In this document: in pieces, positions 31,593 through 40,193 of the stretch
How the letters are laid out: the number at the start of each line of letters is the position of its first letter
Position numbering within the stretch: the stretch's first letter is position 1
Assembly: GCF_988243305.1 (NCBI RefSeq)
Contig: NZ_OZ547136.1
Direction: 5' to 3' (one strand)
Length of the DNA stretch: 64,000 nt
Notes under the pieces: generated by a model
Seen by the model: only the letters and a program-made list of their open reading frames with translations
Database searches by the model: none
What the model was told of the DNA's origin: nothing
Program-made: the position numbers and the translations under genes

Positions 31593-32992
31593 GCGCTGGC
31601 CTCCGTGGGTGTTTCTGCTTTGGGGATGGGGGCGGTCCAGTTGCGTAGGTCGATTTTTCCGGTGACGGCAGCGGAGATAAGGGCGGTGCGGCGTTCCTGG
31701 ATTAGCATTATTGCTTGATTGGTTTTAAATATTATGAGATCAATTTGTGCGCATTTTTCATTCAAGGCGTTGACGATTGATTGTGCTTCACCCAATGGGG
31801 GAAATATAAACTTGGTTGTTTTAAAGTCACCTAATGAAACTCTTTTTCTTGTTCCCTCAATACTAATGTTATTAATGGTTTGTCGCCCAAAATTTGAGTT
31901 CAATAGATATGCTATGAAATGTGCATTGAAGGTTTTTTTATTAACTCTTACTCTCATAACATCTTGCGTTATGACAGCATCTGGTTCATTTTTAGGATAA
32001 ACGCACGCTTCTCCTGGGGGATCTCCGACTTTTGAAAAAATCACATCATTTGAGGATAATTTACATATTTCAAGCTGTTGGGCTTTTTGATGAGTAACAT
32101 ATACAGTACTTTTTCTGTTATAACCTGTCGCTTTTATATCTCGAATGTATACGACAGGTACCCCTTCTTCTTTCAATTCACTTGCTAGTAAATCACTTCC
32201 AAATGGCCCATTTACGAAGCATCCTTTAGTTTCATCACCAGTATTGGCTAATTTACTCTTAAACCAGTGGGAGGGTGCTTCGCCTAATCCTGTTAAACCA
32301 GAATCTTTCATCGGCACATCAGGATTTAGCCCTTTGGTCACCGCATGGCTAATCACTGCCTGACGTTTTTCTTTAAGTAGTTCAATGAGTTGTTGTTGTT
32401 TCTCGATCAGGTCATCGATTTTTGCTGTTTCATGATCAAGGAAAAGTGCAATCTTAGAAGATTCATCATTACGAGGTTTTGGGCATTGTATATCGCCTAA
32501 AAGTTCAAGGTTTAAACCGTCTCGTAAATCACCGCCAGCCATGTTACGTATATTCTGATAATTAGAAATGAGCCACCAAAATATATAGCGAGATTGATTC
32601 TTTTTATACAATACAATGGCCGCCATGGATTGGTTACAAGTGGTATTAATACCAAGTTGTGCAACCATACCTTTGGTTTTTCCCTGCCCAGCTAAAGCGA
32701 CAACAAGTGCCCCTTTTGGTATCCACTTGGCACTACTATTTTCAAGTGCAGCGTTAGATATATATGTGGATGGCTCGACTATATAACCTTGATTTACTGC
32801 TCCAGAACTAATCCAGGGAACTGTACCATTCTCCCAATAATCAATAACATTTTTGGAGGGAGTTCCTCCTGCAAAAATATTGGATAGCCACCTCAGCTTA
32901 GTTTTTTTCCAGTTTAGTGGTAATTCATTACACCACTCCATCCCAGAATCCCTATACTCCGGATACGCCTGATATTTATTTAACCCCGCCAT
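31589..32992 (-). CDS. hsdS: Type I restriction-modification specificity subunit, 467 aa, two target-recognition domains
   Basis: A 467-aa low-GC ORF with duplicated architecture, coupled to hsdM upstream and hsdR downstream. Confidence 0.8.
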   Translation of the reverse strand: MAGLNKYQAYPEYRDSGMEWCNELPLNWKKTKLRWLSNIFAGGTPSKNVIDYWENGTVPWISSGAVNQGYIVEPSTYISNAALENSSAKWIPKGALVVALAGQGKTKGMVAQLGINTTCNQSMAAIVLYKKNQSRYIFWWLISNYQNIRNMAGGDLRDGLNLELLGDIQCPKPRNDESSKIALFLDHETAKIDDLIEKQQQLIELLKEKRQAVISHAVTKGLNPDVPMKDSGLTGLGEAPSHWFKSKLANTGDETKGCFVNGPFGSDLLASELKEEGVPVVYIRDIKATGYNRKSTVYVTHQKAQQLEICKLSSNDVIFSKVGDPPGEACVYPKNEPDAVITQDVMRVRVNKKTFNAHFIAYLLNSNFGRQTINNISIEGTRKRVSLGDFKTTKFIFPPLGEAQSIVNALNEKCAQIDLIIFKTNQAIMLIQERRTALISAAVTGKIDLRNWTAPIPKAETPTEASA

Positions 32993-35346
32993 CAGGAATG
33001 TACCTCCTGCAACAGTTTCATAATCTCAGCGCTTACCGCATCCAAATCAGCATCAATCTCCTCCAACGGTCGCGGCGGTGTATAAACATAAAAATGACGA
33101 TTAAACGGAATTTCATACCCCACAATCCCGATATCCCCATCTTTCGCATCGCGTTTATCGGCATTGATCCACGCATCCGCAACATGCGGCAATACTTCCG
33201 CTTTGAAGTAATCCTCGATCAACTCGTTGGTAGATACCGCCGGATTTAACGGCACATTCTCGTTATCACGCAGGTCGCCATCCGATTCAAACTCCACAAC
33301 CTTTCCGTGGTACTCAAACGCGCCGTACAGCGGTTGGGGCGCTTCTTTCAGAACCTTGCTGATTACCGGCTCGGCGTCCGGGTTTTTGCGGGTGATAGCA
33401 TCGATAAACTGCTTGTTCTCTTTCGCATCCAGCTTCACGCCTGCGGTTCTGAGCGCCTCTTTCAGCGTCAACTGGAACTGATTAAAGTCATTGCTAACAG
33501 TCTCTTTGCCACCCGCCAGCATCCTCATCGCTGCCTGAATACGCCGCGCTTTTTCCATTAACCCGCGCTGGGCCAGCCATAATTTGCTGTCGAGCAGATC
33601 TTTAATTTGCTTCTCTTTCAGCTCGCTAAAATCGGCTTTAAGAATGGCGCGGGCTTCACTTTCTACCGCTGTTAAGTCGCCGTAATTACCGTCCTGCCAC
33701 TGGAAAGCAAAGGCGTCATACAGTTGCGCCATCGGCGCGTTAAACGGCTTCGGCGCAAAGCGCAATGTGGCAATGGCGTCATCACTTATCTGAGCCGACA
33801 GGCGTAACGGGCGCTCAACGGTGATGCGACGATAGCCAAACTCGGTGCTGTGAAAGACTTTGCTGGCAAAGGTTTTTGCCGCCTCGGTTTTGGTTGTTGC
33901 GGGCTGGCGTCCCCGGCTGGATTTTTGTTCGGGTGCTTTCTCCAGGCCTAACGCCGCAAGCGTAGTGGTGGCAACGGGTTCGAAATCGCCAAACGTGCGG
34001 GTGATTAAACCAATATCCTCCTCCCCGAGAATATTACGTTTTGATCCCAGCGATTTACGCATCTTTCCGCACAGGTTGCTGCCGTCGATTAGCTGGACTT
34101 TACCTTTGCGTTCTGGCGCTTTTTTGTTAGACAGCACCCAAACATAGGTAGCGATACCGGTGTTGTAAAACATATCGGTGGGCAGGGCGATAATGCCTTC
34201 CAGCAAATCCGCTTCCAGAATGTAGCGGCGGATCTCGCTTTCACCGCTGCCTGCGCCGCCGGTGAATAACGGCGAACCATTAAGAATGATGCCGATCCGT
34301 CCGCCACCGCTTTTGGCATCGCGCATTTTGCTGATCAGATGCAGCAGAAACAGCAACGAACCGTCGGAGACTCGGGGCAGGCCGGGGCCAAAGCGACCAT
34401 CAGCACCTTTGAGTTTGTGCTCGTTGTTGATGTCGGTTTCTATCTTTTTCCAGTCCACGCCGAAAGGTGGATTAGAGAGCATGTAATCGAATTTTTCTGC
34501 GGGGAGCTGATCGTTGGAAAGGGTGTTGCCGAGTTTGATAAGGCTGACATCCTGGCCCTTAATCAGCATGTCGGCTTTGCAGATGGCGTAGGATTCCGGG
34601 TTTAACTCCTGACCAAACGCGCGCATCACGGCATTGGGGTTTTGTTTGTGGACGTACTCCATGCCGGAGGAGAGAAAGCCGCCGGTTCCCGCCGTTGGGT
34701 CGTAAATGGTGCGAATGATACCGTCTTTATTGAGTGCATCATCATCATCGAAAAACACCAGCGAGGTGGTCAGATTGACGATATCACGCGGGGTAAAGTG
34801 CTCCCCGGCGGTTTCGTTAGAACTCTCGGCAAAACGTCGGATCAGCTCCTCAAATACCAGCCCCATATCGTGGTTGGTGACGTGCTCCGGGTATAAATCT
34901 GCTTTAGCGAATATTTGCACCACTTTGAACAGTAAGTTTGCATCCGCCAGCTGTCCGACAAACTCGCTGAACTTGAAGTGTTCGAAAATTTCGCGGGCAT
35001 CCGAAGAGAACGACTGGATGTAGTTTTCCAGGTTGTCCTGTATGCCATTTTGCCCCATTTTGCTGAGATCCATCGCTGAGGCATTGAAGAACGTGAGGCC
35101 ATTAGTCGCCCGCAGGATCATTTTCTCCTGGGCTTCCTCCGGCAGTTTCATGGCTTTTACTTTTTGCGCCTCGGTAATGACCGCGTCTTTCGTTGTTTCG
35201 AGTACGCATTCCAGACGACGCAAAAGGGTAAAAGGAAGAATAATTCGTCCATATTGTGATTGTTTAAAATCGCCGCGTAACAGGTCGGCGACAGACCACA
35301 GGAAGGCTGCAATCTGGCTGAAATTAGTTGATGACATAAAAAGCAT
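32992..35346 (-). CDS. hsdM: Type I restriction-modification N6-adenine DNA methyltransferase subunit, unusually long (784 aa)
   Basis: HsdM_N-like N-terminus (…[22 protein letters not shown]…). AdoMet motif [11 protein letters not shown]. Catalytic motif IV NPPFG. There are about 250 aa after the methyltransferase core. Confidence 0.85.
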   Translation of the reverse strand: MLFMSSTNFSQIAAFLWSVADLLRGDFKQSQYGRIILPFTLLRRLECVLETTKDAVITEAQKVKAMKLPEEAQEKMILRATNGLTFFNASAMDLSKMGQNGIQDNLENYIQSFSSDAREIFEHFKFSEFVGQLADANLLFKVVQIFAKADLYPEHVTNHDMGLVFEELIRRFAESSNETAGEHFTPRDIVNLTTSLVFFDDDDALNKDGIIRTIYDPTAGTGGFLSSGMEYVHKQNPNAVMRAFGQELNPESYAICKADMLIKGQDVSLIKLGNTLSNDQLPAEKFDYMLSNPPFGVDWKKIETDINNEHKLKGADGRFGPGLPRVSDGSLLFLLHLISKMRDAKSGGGRIGIILNGSPLFTGGAGSGESEIRRYILEADLLEGIIALPTDMFYNTGIATYVWVLSNKKAPERKGKVQLIDGSNLCGKMRKSLGSKRNILGEEDIGLITRTFGDFEPVATTTLAALGLEKAPEQKSSRGRQPATTKTEAAKTFASKVFHSTEFGYRRITVERPLRLSAQISDDAIATLRFAPKPFNAPMAQLYDAFAFQWQDGNYGDLTAVESEARAILKADFSELKEKQIKDLLDSKLWLAQRGLMEKARRIQAAMRMLAGGKETVSNDFNQFQLTLKEALRTAGVKLDAKENKQFIDAITRKNPDAEPVISKVLKEAPQPLYGAFEYHGKVVEFESDGDLRDNENVPLNPAVSTNELIEDYFKAEVLPHVADAWINADKRDAKDGDIGIVGYEIPFNRHFYVYTPPRPLEEIDADLDAVSAEIMKLLQEVHS

Positions 35347-35621
35347 TCCTTGCCCTGAAAAAGAGGGGGATATTCAATGTGAAGTGAATGCTTTGTTATA
35401 TCAAACTATTGCTGTGATGATCAAAAACACGATCATTTTCAATACGTTATAAATATGAATTGGAAATATTAATTGTTCTAATGAATGCGTGTTGAGGTGT
35501 TTCTTAATATATTTTGATTTATCCTGGAATGGTATTTTTGCAGAAACAAAGACGCTAACTTTTATTTTTTATTCGCAGCATAATGACGCCGTTTGCCAGT
35601 GCAATTTGACAGGAGTCATTC

Positions 35622-37721
35622 ATGAAAGCCACCGAAGCCCGATTACTCGATTTTCTAAAACGCTCTCAGCAATTCGTTATTCCCATTTATCAGCGTACTT
35701 ATTCATGGTCAGAGGAACAGTGCCGCCAGCTCTGGGACGATGTAATACGTGCCGGGCAGCGTGATGATATCCCGGCGCATTTTATCGGCTCGGTGGTGTA
35801 TATCGAACAGGGCCTATATCAGGTTTCGGGGATCTCTCCCTTACTGGTGATTGACGGTCAGCAACGCCTGACAACGGCGATGTTATTGCTGGAAGCGTTG
35901 TCCAGACACCTTGGCGATGACGAGGTGATGGATGGTTTCTCCGCCATGAAATTACGAAACTATTATCTGCTCAATCCGTATGAATCGGGCGAGCGTGGAT
36001 TTAAGTTACTGCTTACGCAAACGGACAGAGAGAGCCTGCTGGCATTGATTAGACAAAAACCGCTGGCAGAAAATTGCTCTCTACGCGTGAAAGAGAATTT
36101 TGAGTTTTTCCATGAGCAAATAGGCAAACTCCACGGCAATTTCACCGCGTTATGTCAGGGCCTTTCCAAACTGCTGATTGTGGATGTCGCCTTGAATCGC
36201 GGTCAGGATAATCCGCAACTAATCTTTGAAAGCATGAACTCAACAGGAAAAGCGCTGAGTCAGGCGGATCTAGTACGCAACTATGTTCTGATGGGGCTGG
36301 AGCCAGAACATCAAAGCCAACTGTACGACGATTACTGGCGGCCCATGGAGCTGGCGTTTGGTCAGAAGGGATACACTGACTATTTCGACAGTTTTATGCG
36401 TAATTACCTGACGGTAAAAACAGGTGAGATTCCGCGAATTGGTGATGTCTATGAAGCCTTTAAACGCTATGCGCGAAAACCTGGCGTAATAGATAGCGGG
36501 ATGGAGGCGCTGGTTGCGGATATTCGTACCTATGCGGATTATTTTTGTGCGATGGCGCTGGATAGCGAAAAAGACAAAATATTAAAGATGGCGTTTCAGG
36601 ATCTACGTGAGCTGAAAGTCGATGCCGCCTGGCCGTTCCTGTTGGTGCTTTATCACGACTATAAACAGGGAATTCTTTCTGCCGCGGATTTTTTAAGTGC
36701 CACGCGTTTAATTGAGTCGTATATCTTCCGGCGCGCAGTCTGTGCCATTCCCACTAACTCATTTACTAAAACCTTCGCCACGTTTTACAAAGTGCTGGAT
36801 AAAGAGCGTTATCTGGAGAGCATTGCGGCACATTTGCTGGAACTGCCTTCCTACCGTCGTTTCCCGGATGATGATGAATTTCAACGTGAACTGAAAACTC
36901 GCGACCTCTACAACTTCCGTAATCGCAGCTATTGGCTACGTAGATTTGAAAACCACGATCGTAAAGAACGGGCCTATGTTGACACTTATACGATTGAACA
37001 TATCATGCCGCAGAACCCTAATTTATCGGCGAAGTGGCGCGATGACCTTGGTCCGGAATGGAAGCGAATCCATAAAAAGTGGCTCCATACGTTGGGTAAT
37101 TTAACGTTAACTGGCTATAACTCAAGCTACAGCGACCGTCCATTTGCGAAGAAGCGAGATATAAAAGGTGGCTTTAAGGAAAGTCCATTACGCCTGAACA
37201 CGGGGTTAGGGCAATGTGAAATATGGGATCGTGCAGCGATACAAAAGAGAGCGGAACGTCTGTCCGAGCTGGCAATAGACGTCTGGGCGATCCCCAAACT
37301 TTCGGAAGACGTGTTGGCTCGTTATCGCACCGTCGTTGAACGAGGAACGGGATATGTCCTTGCTGATTTCCCGCAACTTGAAGAAGGTACGCACATCCGC
37401 GTACTTTTTGACAGCCTTTCTGATGCCGTTATGACGCTGGACGCTGGGGTTACGCGAGAAATATTGAAGCTCTATGTTGCCTTCAAAGCGGAGACGAATT
37501 TTGTTGATGTGGTGCCGCAAAAAAGTCGCTTACGTTTATCACTAAATATGCCATTCCATGAACTGGTTGACCCAAAATGTATGGCTAAAGATGTCACAGA
37601 TATAGGCCGTTGGGGCAATGGCGATGTTGAAATAGGTTTCAGCGATCTTTCTGAGCTTCCTTATGTGATGGGATTAATTCGTCAGGCATTTGAAAAGCAG
37701 ATGGATAACGCGATGGTTTAA
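35622..37721 (+). CDS. GmrSD-family (DUF262 ParB-like NTPase plus DUF1524 His-Me finger) putative type IV modification-dependent restriction endonuclease, 699 aa
   Basis: N-terminal DUF262 signatures (FVIPIYQRTYSWSEEQ… and IDGQQRLTT). C-terminal DUF1524 signature (…YTIEHIMPQNP…). Confidence 0.8.
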   Translation: MKATEARLLDFLKRSQQFVIPIYQRTYSWSEEQCRQLWDDVIRAGQRDDIPAHFIGSVVYIEQGLYQVSGISPLLVIDGQQRLTTAMLLLEALSRHLGDDEVMDGFSAMKLRNYYLLNPYESGERGFKLLLTQTDRESLLALIRQKPLAENCSLRVKENFEFFHEQIGKLHGNFTALCQGLSKLLIVDVALNRGQDNPQLIFESMNSTGKALSQADLVRNYVLMGLEPEHQSQLYDDYWRPMELAFGQKGYTDYFDSFMRNYLTVKTGEIPRIGDVYEAFKRYARKPGVIDSGMEALVADIRTYADYFCAMALDSEKDKILKMAFQDLRELKVDAAWPFLLVLYHDYKQGILSAADFLSATRLIESYIFRRAVCAIPTNSFTKTFATFYKVLDKERYLESIAAHLLELPSYRRFPDDDEFQRELKTRDLYNFRNRSYWLRRFENHDRKERAYVDTYTIEHIMPQNPNLSAKWRDDLGPEWKRIHKKWLHTLGNLTLTGYNSSYSDRPFAKKRDIKGGFKESPLRLNTGLGQCEIWDRAAIQKRAERLSELAIDVWAIPKLSEDVLARYRTVVERGTGYVLADFPQLEEGTHIRVLFDSLSDAVMTLDAGVTREILKLYVAFKAETNFVDVVPQKSRLRLSLNMPFHELVDPKCMAKDVTDIGRWGNGDVEIGFSDLSELPYVMGLIRQAFEKQMDNAMV

Positions 37722-37764
37722 TATGGAATAATATCCTCTTTACCATGCAATCAAGGATCCTCTA

Positions 37765-38499
37765 ATGACAACCAAACTACTGGACCTGAGCTGGAATGCA
37801 AATGCCATCCCGGCGATGCAAATTGTCGGTACGCGCGCGGCCTTGTTTACCTTCAAAACGCATATGGCAGGGTTTGTCTGGGATGCCGCGCAACTGGAAA
37901 ATAACCCCTATACCTTTGTTGAAGTTAAAACGCTGCTCGATGGCGTCACCGTTGGCGGGCATAAGGTCAGTGATACTGAGCAGGTGTTGAACCTGGCAGA
38001 TAGCGCAAAAAAACTGATTGAACTTGTGCAATCCGGGCGTTTCGATCTTGATAAGAAAACGTTCACGTTGCTTAACGGCATTATTGCGCGTAATGAGGCG
38101 CTGGAGTGGGGCGTTTTTCGCGGCGAAGGTGATGAGTTACATTACAATGCGCGCGTTCACCTCGGCGAGTTGGGCACCCATTTCCCACCAGCCACAGAAG
38201 CAGGTGCACCTGAACTGAATCGAATATTCGCCGCAGGTGTGGCACAAATAAAAGAGATGCCACCGTTCGAAGGGGCGCTGGCAATGTTTTTATTTGGTGC
38301 TTATTTTCAGTTTTTCTTTGATGGCAACAAGCGTACCAGTCGCCATATGATGAACGGCTGGTTAATGCGCCACGGTTACAATCCCATTAGTGTACCCGCA
38401 GCTCGTGCGCTGGAGTTCAACAGCAAAATGGTGCGCTTTTATCACAGCAAAGATGCCAGTGAAATGATGGCATTTTTGGTGGATTGCTATCAGGTTTGA
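37765..38499 (+). CDS. Fic/Doc (Fido)-fold protein with non-canonical active-site motif QxFxDGNKRxxR, 244 aa
   Basis: …AYFQFFFDGNKRTSRHMMNGWL… aligns to the Fic motif HxFx(D/E)GNGRxxR and the Doc motif HxFxDGNKR, but Gln sits at the catalytic His position. It lies 43 bp downstream of the GmrSD-like gene and has a good RBS (aaggatcc). Confidence 0.6.
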   Translation: MTTKLLDLSWNANAIPAMQIVGTRAALFTFKTHMAGFVWDAAQLENNPYTFVEVKTLLDGVTVGGHKVSDTEQVLNLADSAKKLIELVQSGRFDLDKKTFTLLNGIIARNEALEWGVFRGEGDELHYNARVHLGELGTHFPPATEAGAPELNRIFAAGVAQIKEMPPFEGALAMFLFGAYFQFFFDGNKRTSRHMMNGWLMRHGYNPISVPAARALEFNSKMVRFYHSKDASEMMAFLVDCYQV

Positions 38500-38637
38500 A
38501 TAAGTGCTGGATGGTGTCCCAATGCTGCCATCCAGCCCCTTCATATCAACTTCCCTATCTTTTCCTAAAACGTGATGCTATTTCCAACATTCGAATCATC
38601 AGTGCACGAAAAGCAGATCGTAAAGAGAGGAATCGCT

Positions 38638-38940
38638 ATGAGCATGGTTAAACATAAACGAGGGACCTCCTCTACACTCGATGTGCAGCATGAGGCCGAA
38701 TTGAAGGCGCTGGCGAATAAATTCGACGAAGAGATTGATTACAGCGATATCCCACCTTCCAGCGATGAGCAATGGTCTAACGCAGAACGCGGTAAGTTTT
38801 ATCGGCCATTGAAAACCCAGGCTTCGGTGCGTATTGATGCTGATGTGATGGAATGGCTGAAGCGACCTGGTAAAGGCTATCAAACTCGCCTGAACGCAAT
38901 TTTACGTGAAGCGATGCTGCGCGATCAGAACAAAAAATAA
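38638..38940 (+). CDS. BrnA-like (COG3514/DUF4415) antitoxin-type small DNA-binding protein, about 100 aa
   Basis: …IDYSDIPPSSDEQWSNAERGKFYRPLKTQASVRIDADVMEWLKRPGKGYQTRLNAILREAM… has the characteristic C-terminal GKGYQTR(I/L)NAILR signature of BrnA antitoxins. RBS aagagagg. I see no BrnT (DUF497) ORF adjacent. Confidence 0.65.
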   Translation: MSMVKHKRGTSSTLDVQHEAELKALANKFDEEIDYSDIPPSSDEQWSNAERGKFYRPLKTQASVRIDADVMEWLKRPGKGYQTRLNAILREAMLRDQNKK

Positions 38941-38944
38941 TTCA

Positions 38945-38962
38945 GGCCGCCACATGGCGGCC
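38945..38962. terminator. Bidirectional hairpin terminator between the brnA-like gene and yjiA
   Basis: ggccgccacatggcggcc. Confidence 0.4.
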
Positions 38963-38973
38963 ATCATCCAAAA

Positions 38974-39930
38974 TTACTTCCTCAACCCCGCAAACGCCGC
39001 CCGAATCTCATCCTCCGGCAGCTGAATCCCGATAAACACCATCGTGCTATGCGGTTTTTCATCGCCCCACGGCCTGTCCCAGTCGGCGCTGTAGAGGCGC
39101 TGGACGCCCTGGAACAGCAGGCGGTTAGGTTCGCCGTCAATCCACAGCATCCCTTTGTAACGCAGCAGTTTATCTGCCGATTCCAGCAGCAGGTTTTCCA
39201 TCACGCGGGAAACTTCGCTGATATCTACCGGGTAATCCAGTTCCACCACAATCGACGAAATATCGTTTTGTTTATCCGCGATAAAGTGGAAACGCGGTTT
39301 GGTGCTGACGACGTTTTCTTCCAGCATAAAACCGTTGGTGTTGAACAACAGGCCCAGGTCGATGTCGCCGTGGGTGACGGTGTAGACCGGCGCGCGGGCG
39401 TTGATGCGTGCCAGACGTTCACGCAGTTTCTCTGCTTCGCCTGCGACGTCGGTTTTAGTCAGCAGAATACGGTCGGCGTAGCCAACCTGGGACTGGGCGA
39501 TGGTGAACTGGTTCATCTGCTCATCGGCATGTACCGCATCCACCAGCGCAATCACGCCGTCCAGCAGGTAGCGCTGGCATAAAATCTCATGGGAGAAAAA
39601 GGTCTGAATAATCGGGCCAGGATCGGCCATGCCGGTGCATTCAATGACCAGACGGTCGAACTGAATATTGCCCTTGTCGAGATTGTCCAGCAGGTCGAGT
39701 AGCGCGTCCTCCAGCTCGTTGGAGCGCGAACAGCAGATGCAGCCGTTGGTCAGCGTTTTGATCTGCGTGGCGCGGTCGCCAATCAGTTGATCATCAACGG
39801 AGACTTCGCCGAATTCGTTTTCAATCACGGCAATCTTGTAGCCGTGTTGTTCGTTAAGAATATGGCGCAGCAGGGTAGTTTTGCCCGCGCCTAAAAAACC
39901 GGTGAGTAGGGTCACTGCAATCGGGTTCAT
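38974..39930 (-). CDS. yjiA: CobW/P47K-family GTPase YjiA, 318 aa
   Basis: The start is refined to MNPIAVTLLTGFLGAGKTT…, which carries the Walker A motif. The C-terminal CxCC metal motif GCICCS is present. Confidence 0.85.
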   Translation of the reverse strand: MNPIAVTLLTGFLGAGKTTLLRHILNEQHGYKIAVIENEFGEVSVDDQLIGDRATQIKTLTNGCICCSRSNELEDALLDLLDNLDKGNIQFDRLVIECTGMADPGPIIQTFFSHEILCQRYLLDGVIALVDAVHADEQMNQFTIAQSQVGYADRILLTKTDVAGEAEKLRERLARINARAPVYTVTHGDIDLGLLFNTNGFMLEENVVSTKPRFHFIADKQNDISSIVVELDYPVDISEVSRVMENLLLESADKLLRYKGMLWIDGEPNRLLFQGVQRLYSADWDRPWGDEKPHSTMVFIGIQLPEDEIRAAFAGLRK

Positions 39931-39940
39931 GCTCTCTCCA

Positions 39941-40144
39941 TTAACAACAGCGCATACCGCCTTTACCATCGCCGCCGTAGCGCGCGTTCTGGCGTTCGCG
40001 GAAGAATTCTTCATAGCTCATGTACGGCTTGTCGGGATGGTTGGTCTTCATATGCTCGACGTAGTTGTCGTAGTCTGGAATGCCAATCAACATCTTCGCC
40101 GCCTGGCCGAGATATTTTTTTGCCTGTCCTAAGTTACCAAACAT
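39941..40144 (-). CDS. yjiX: DUF466 small protein YjiX (YbdD-like partner of CstA-type transporter), 67 aa
   Basis: A 67-aa ORF …[18 protein letters not shown]…, located 10 bp upstream of yjiA. Confidence 0.85.
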
Positions 40145-40193
40145 AGTTCACTCTGATAAGAACAAAGCCCCGCCGAAGCGGGGCTAAACACGG

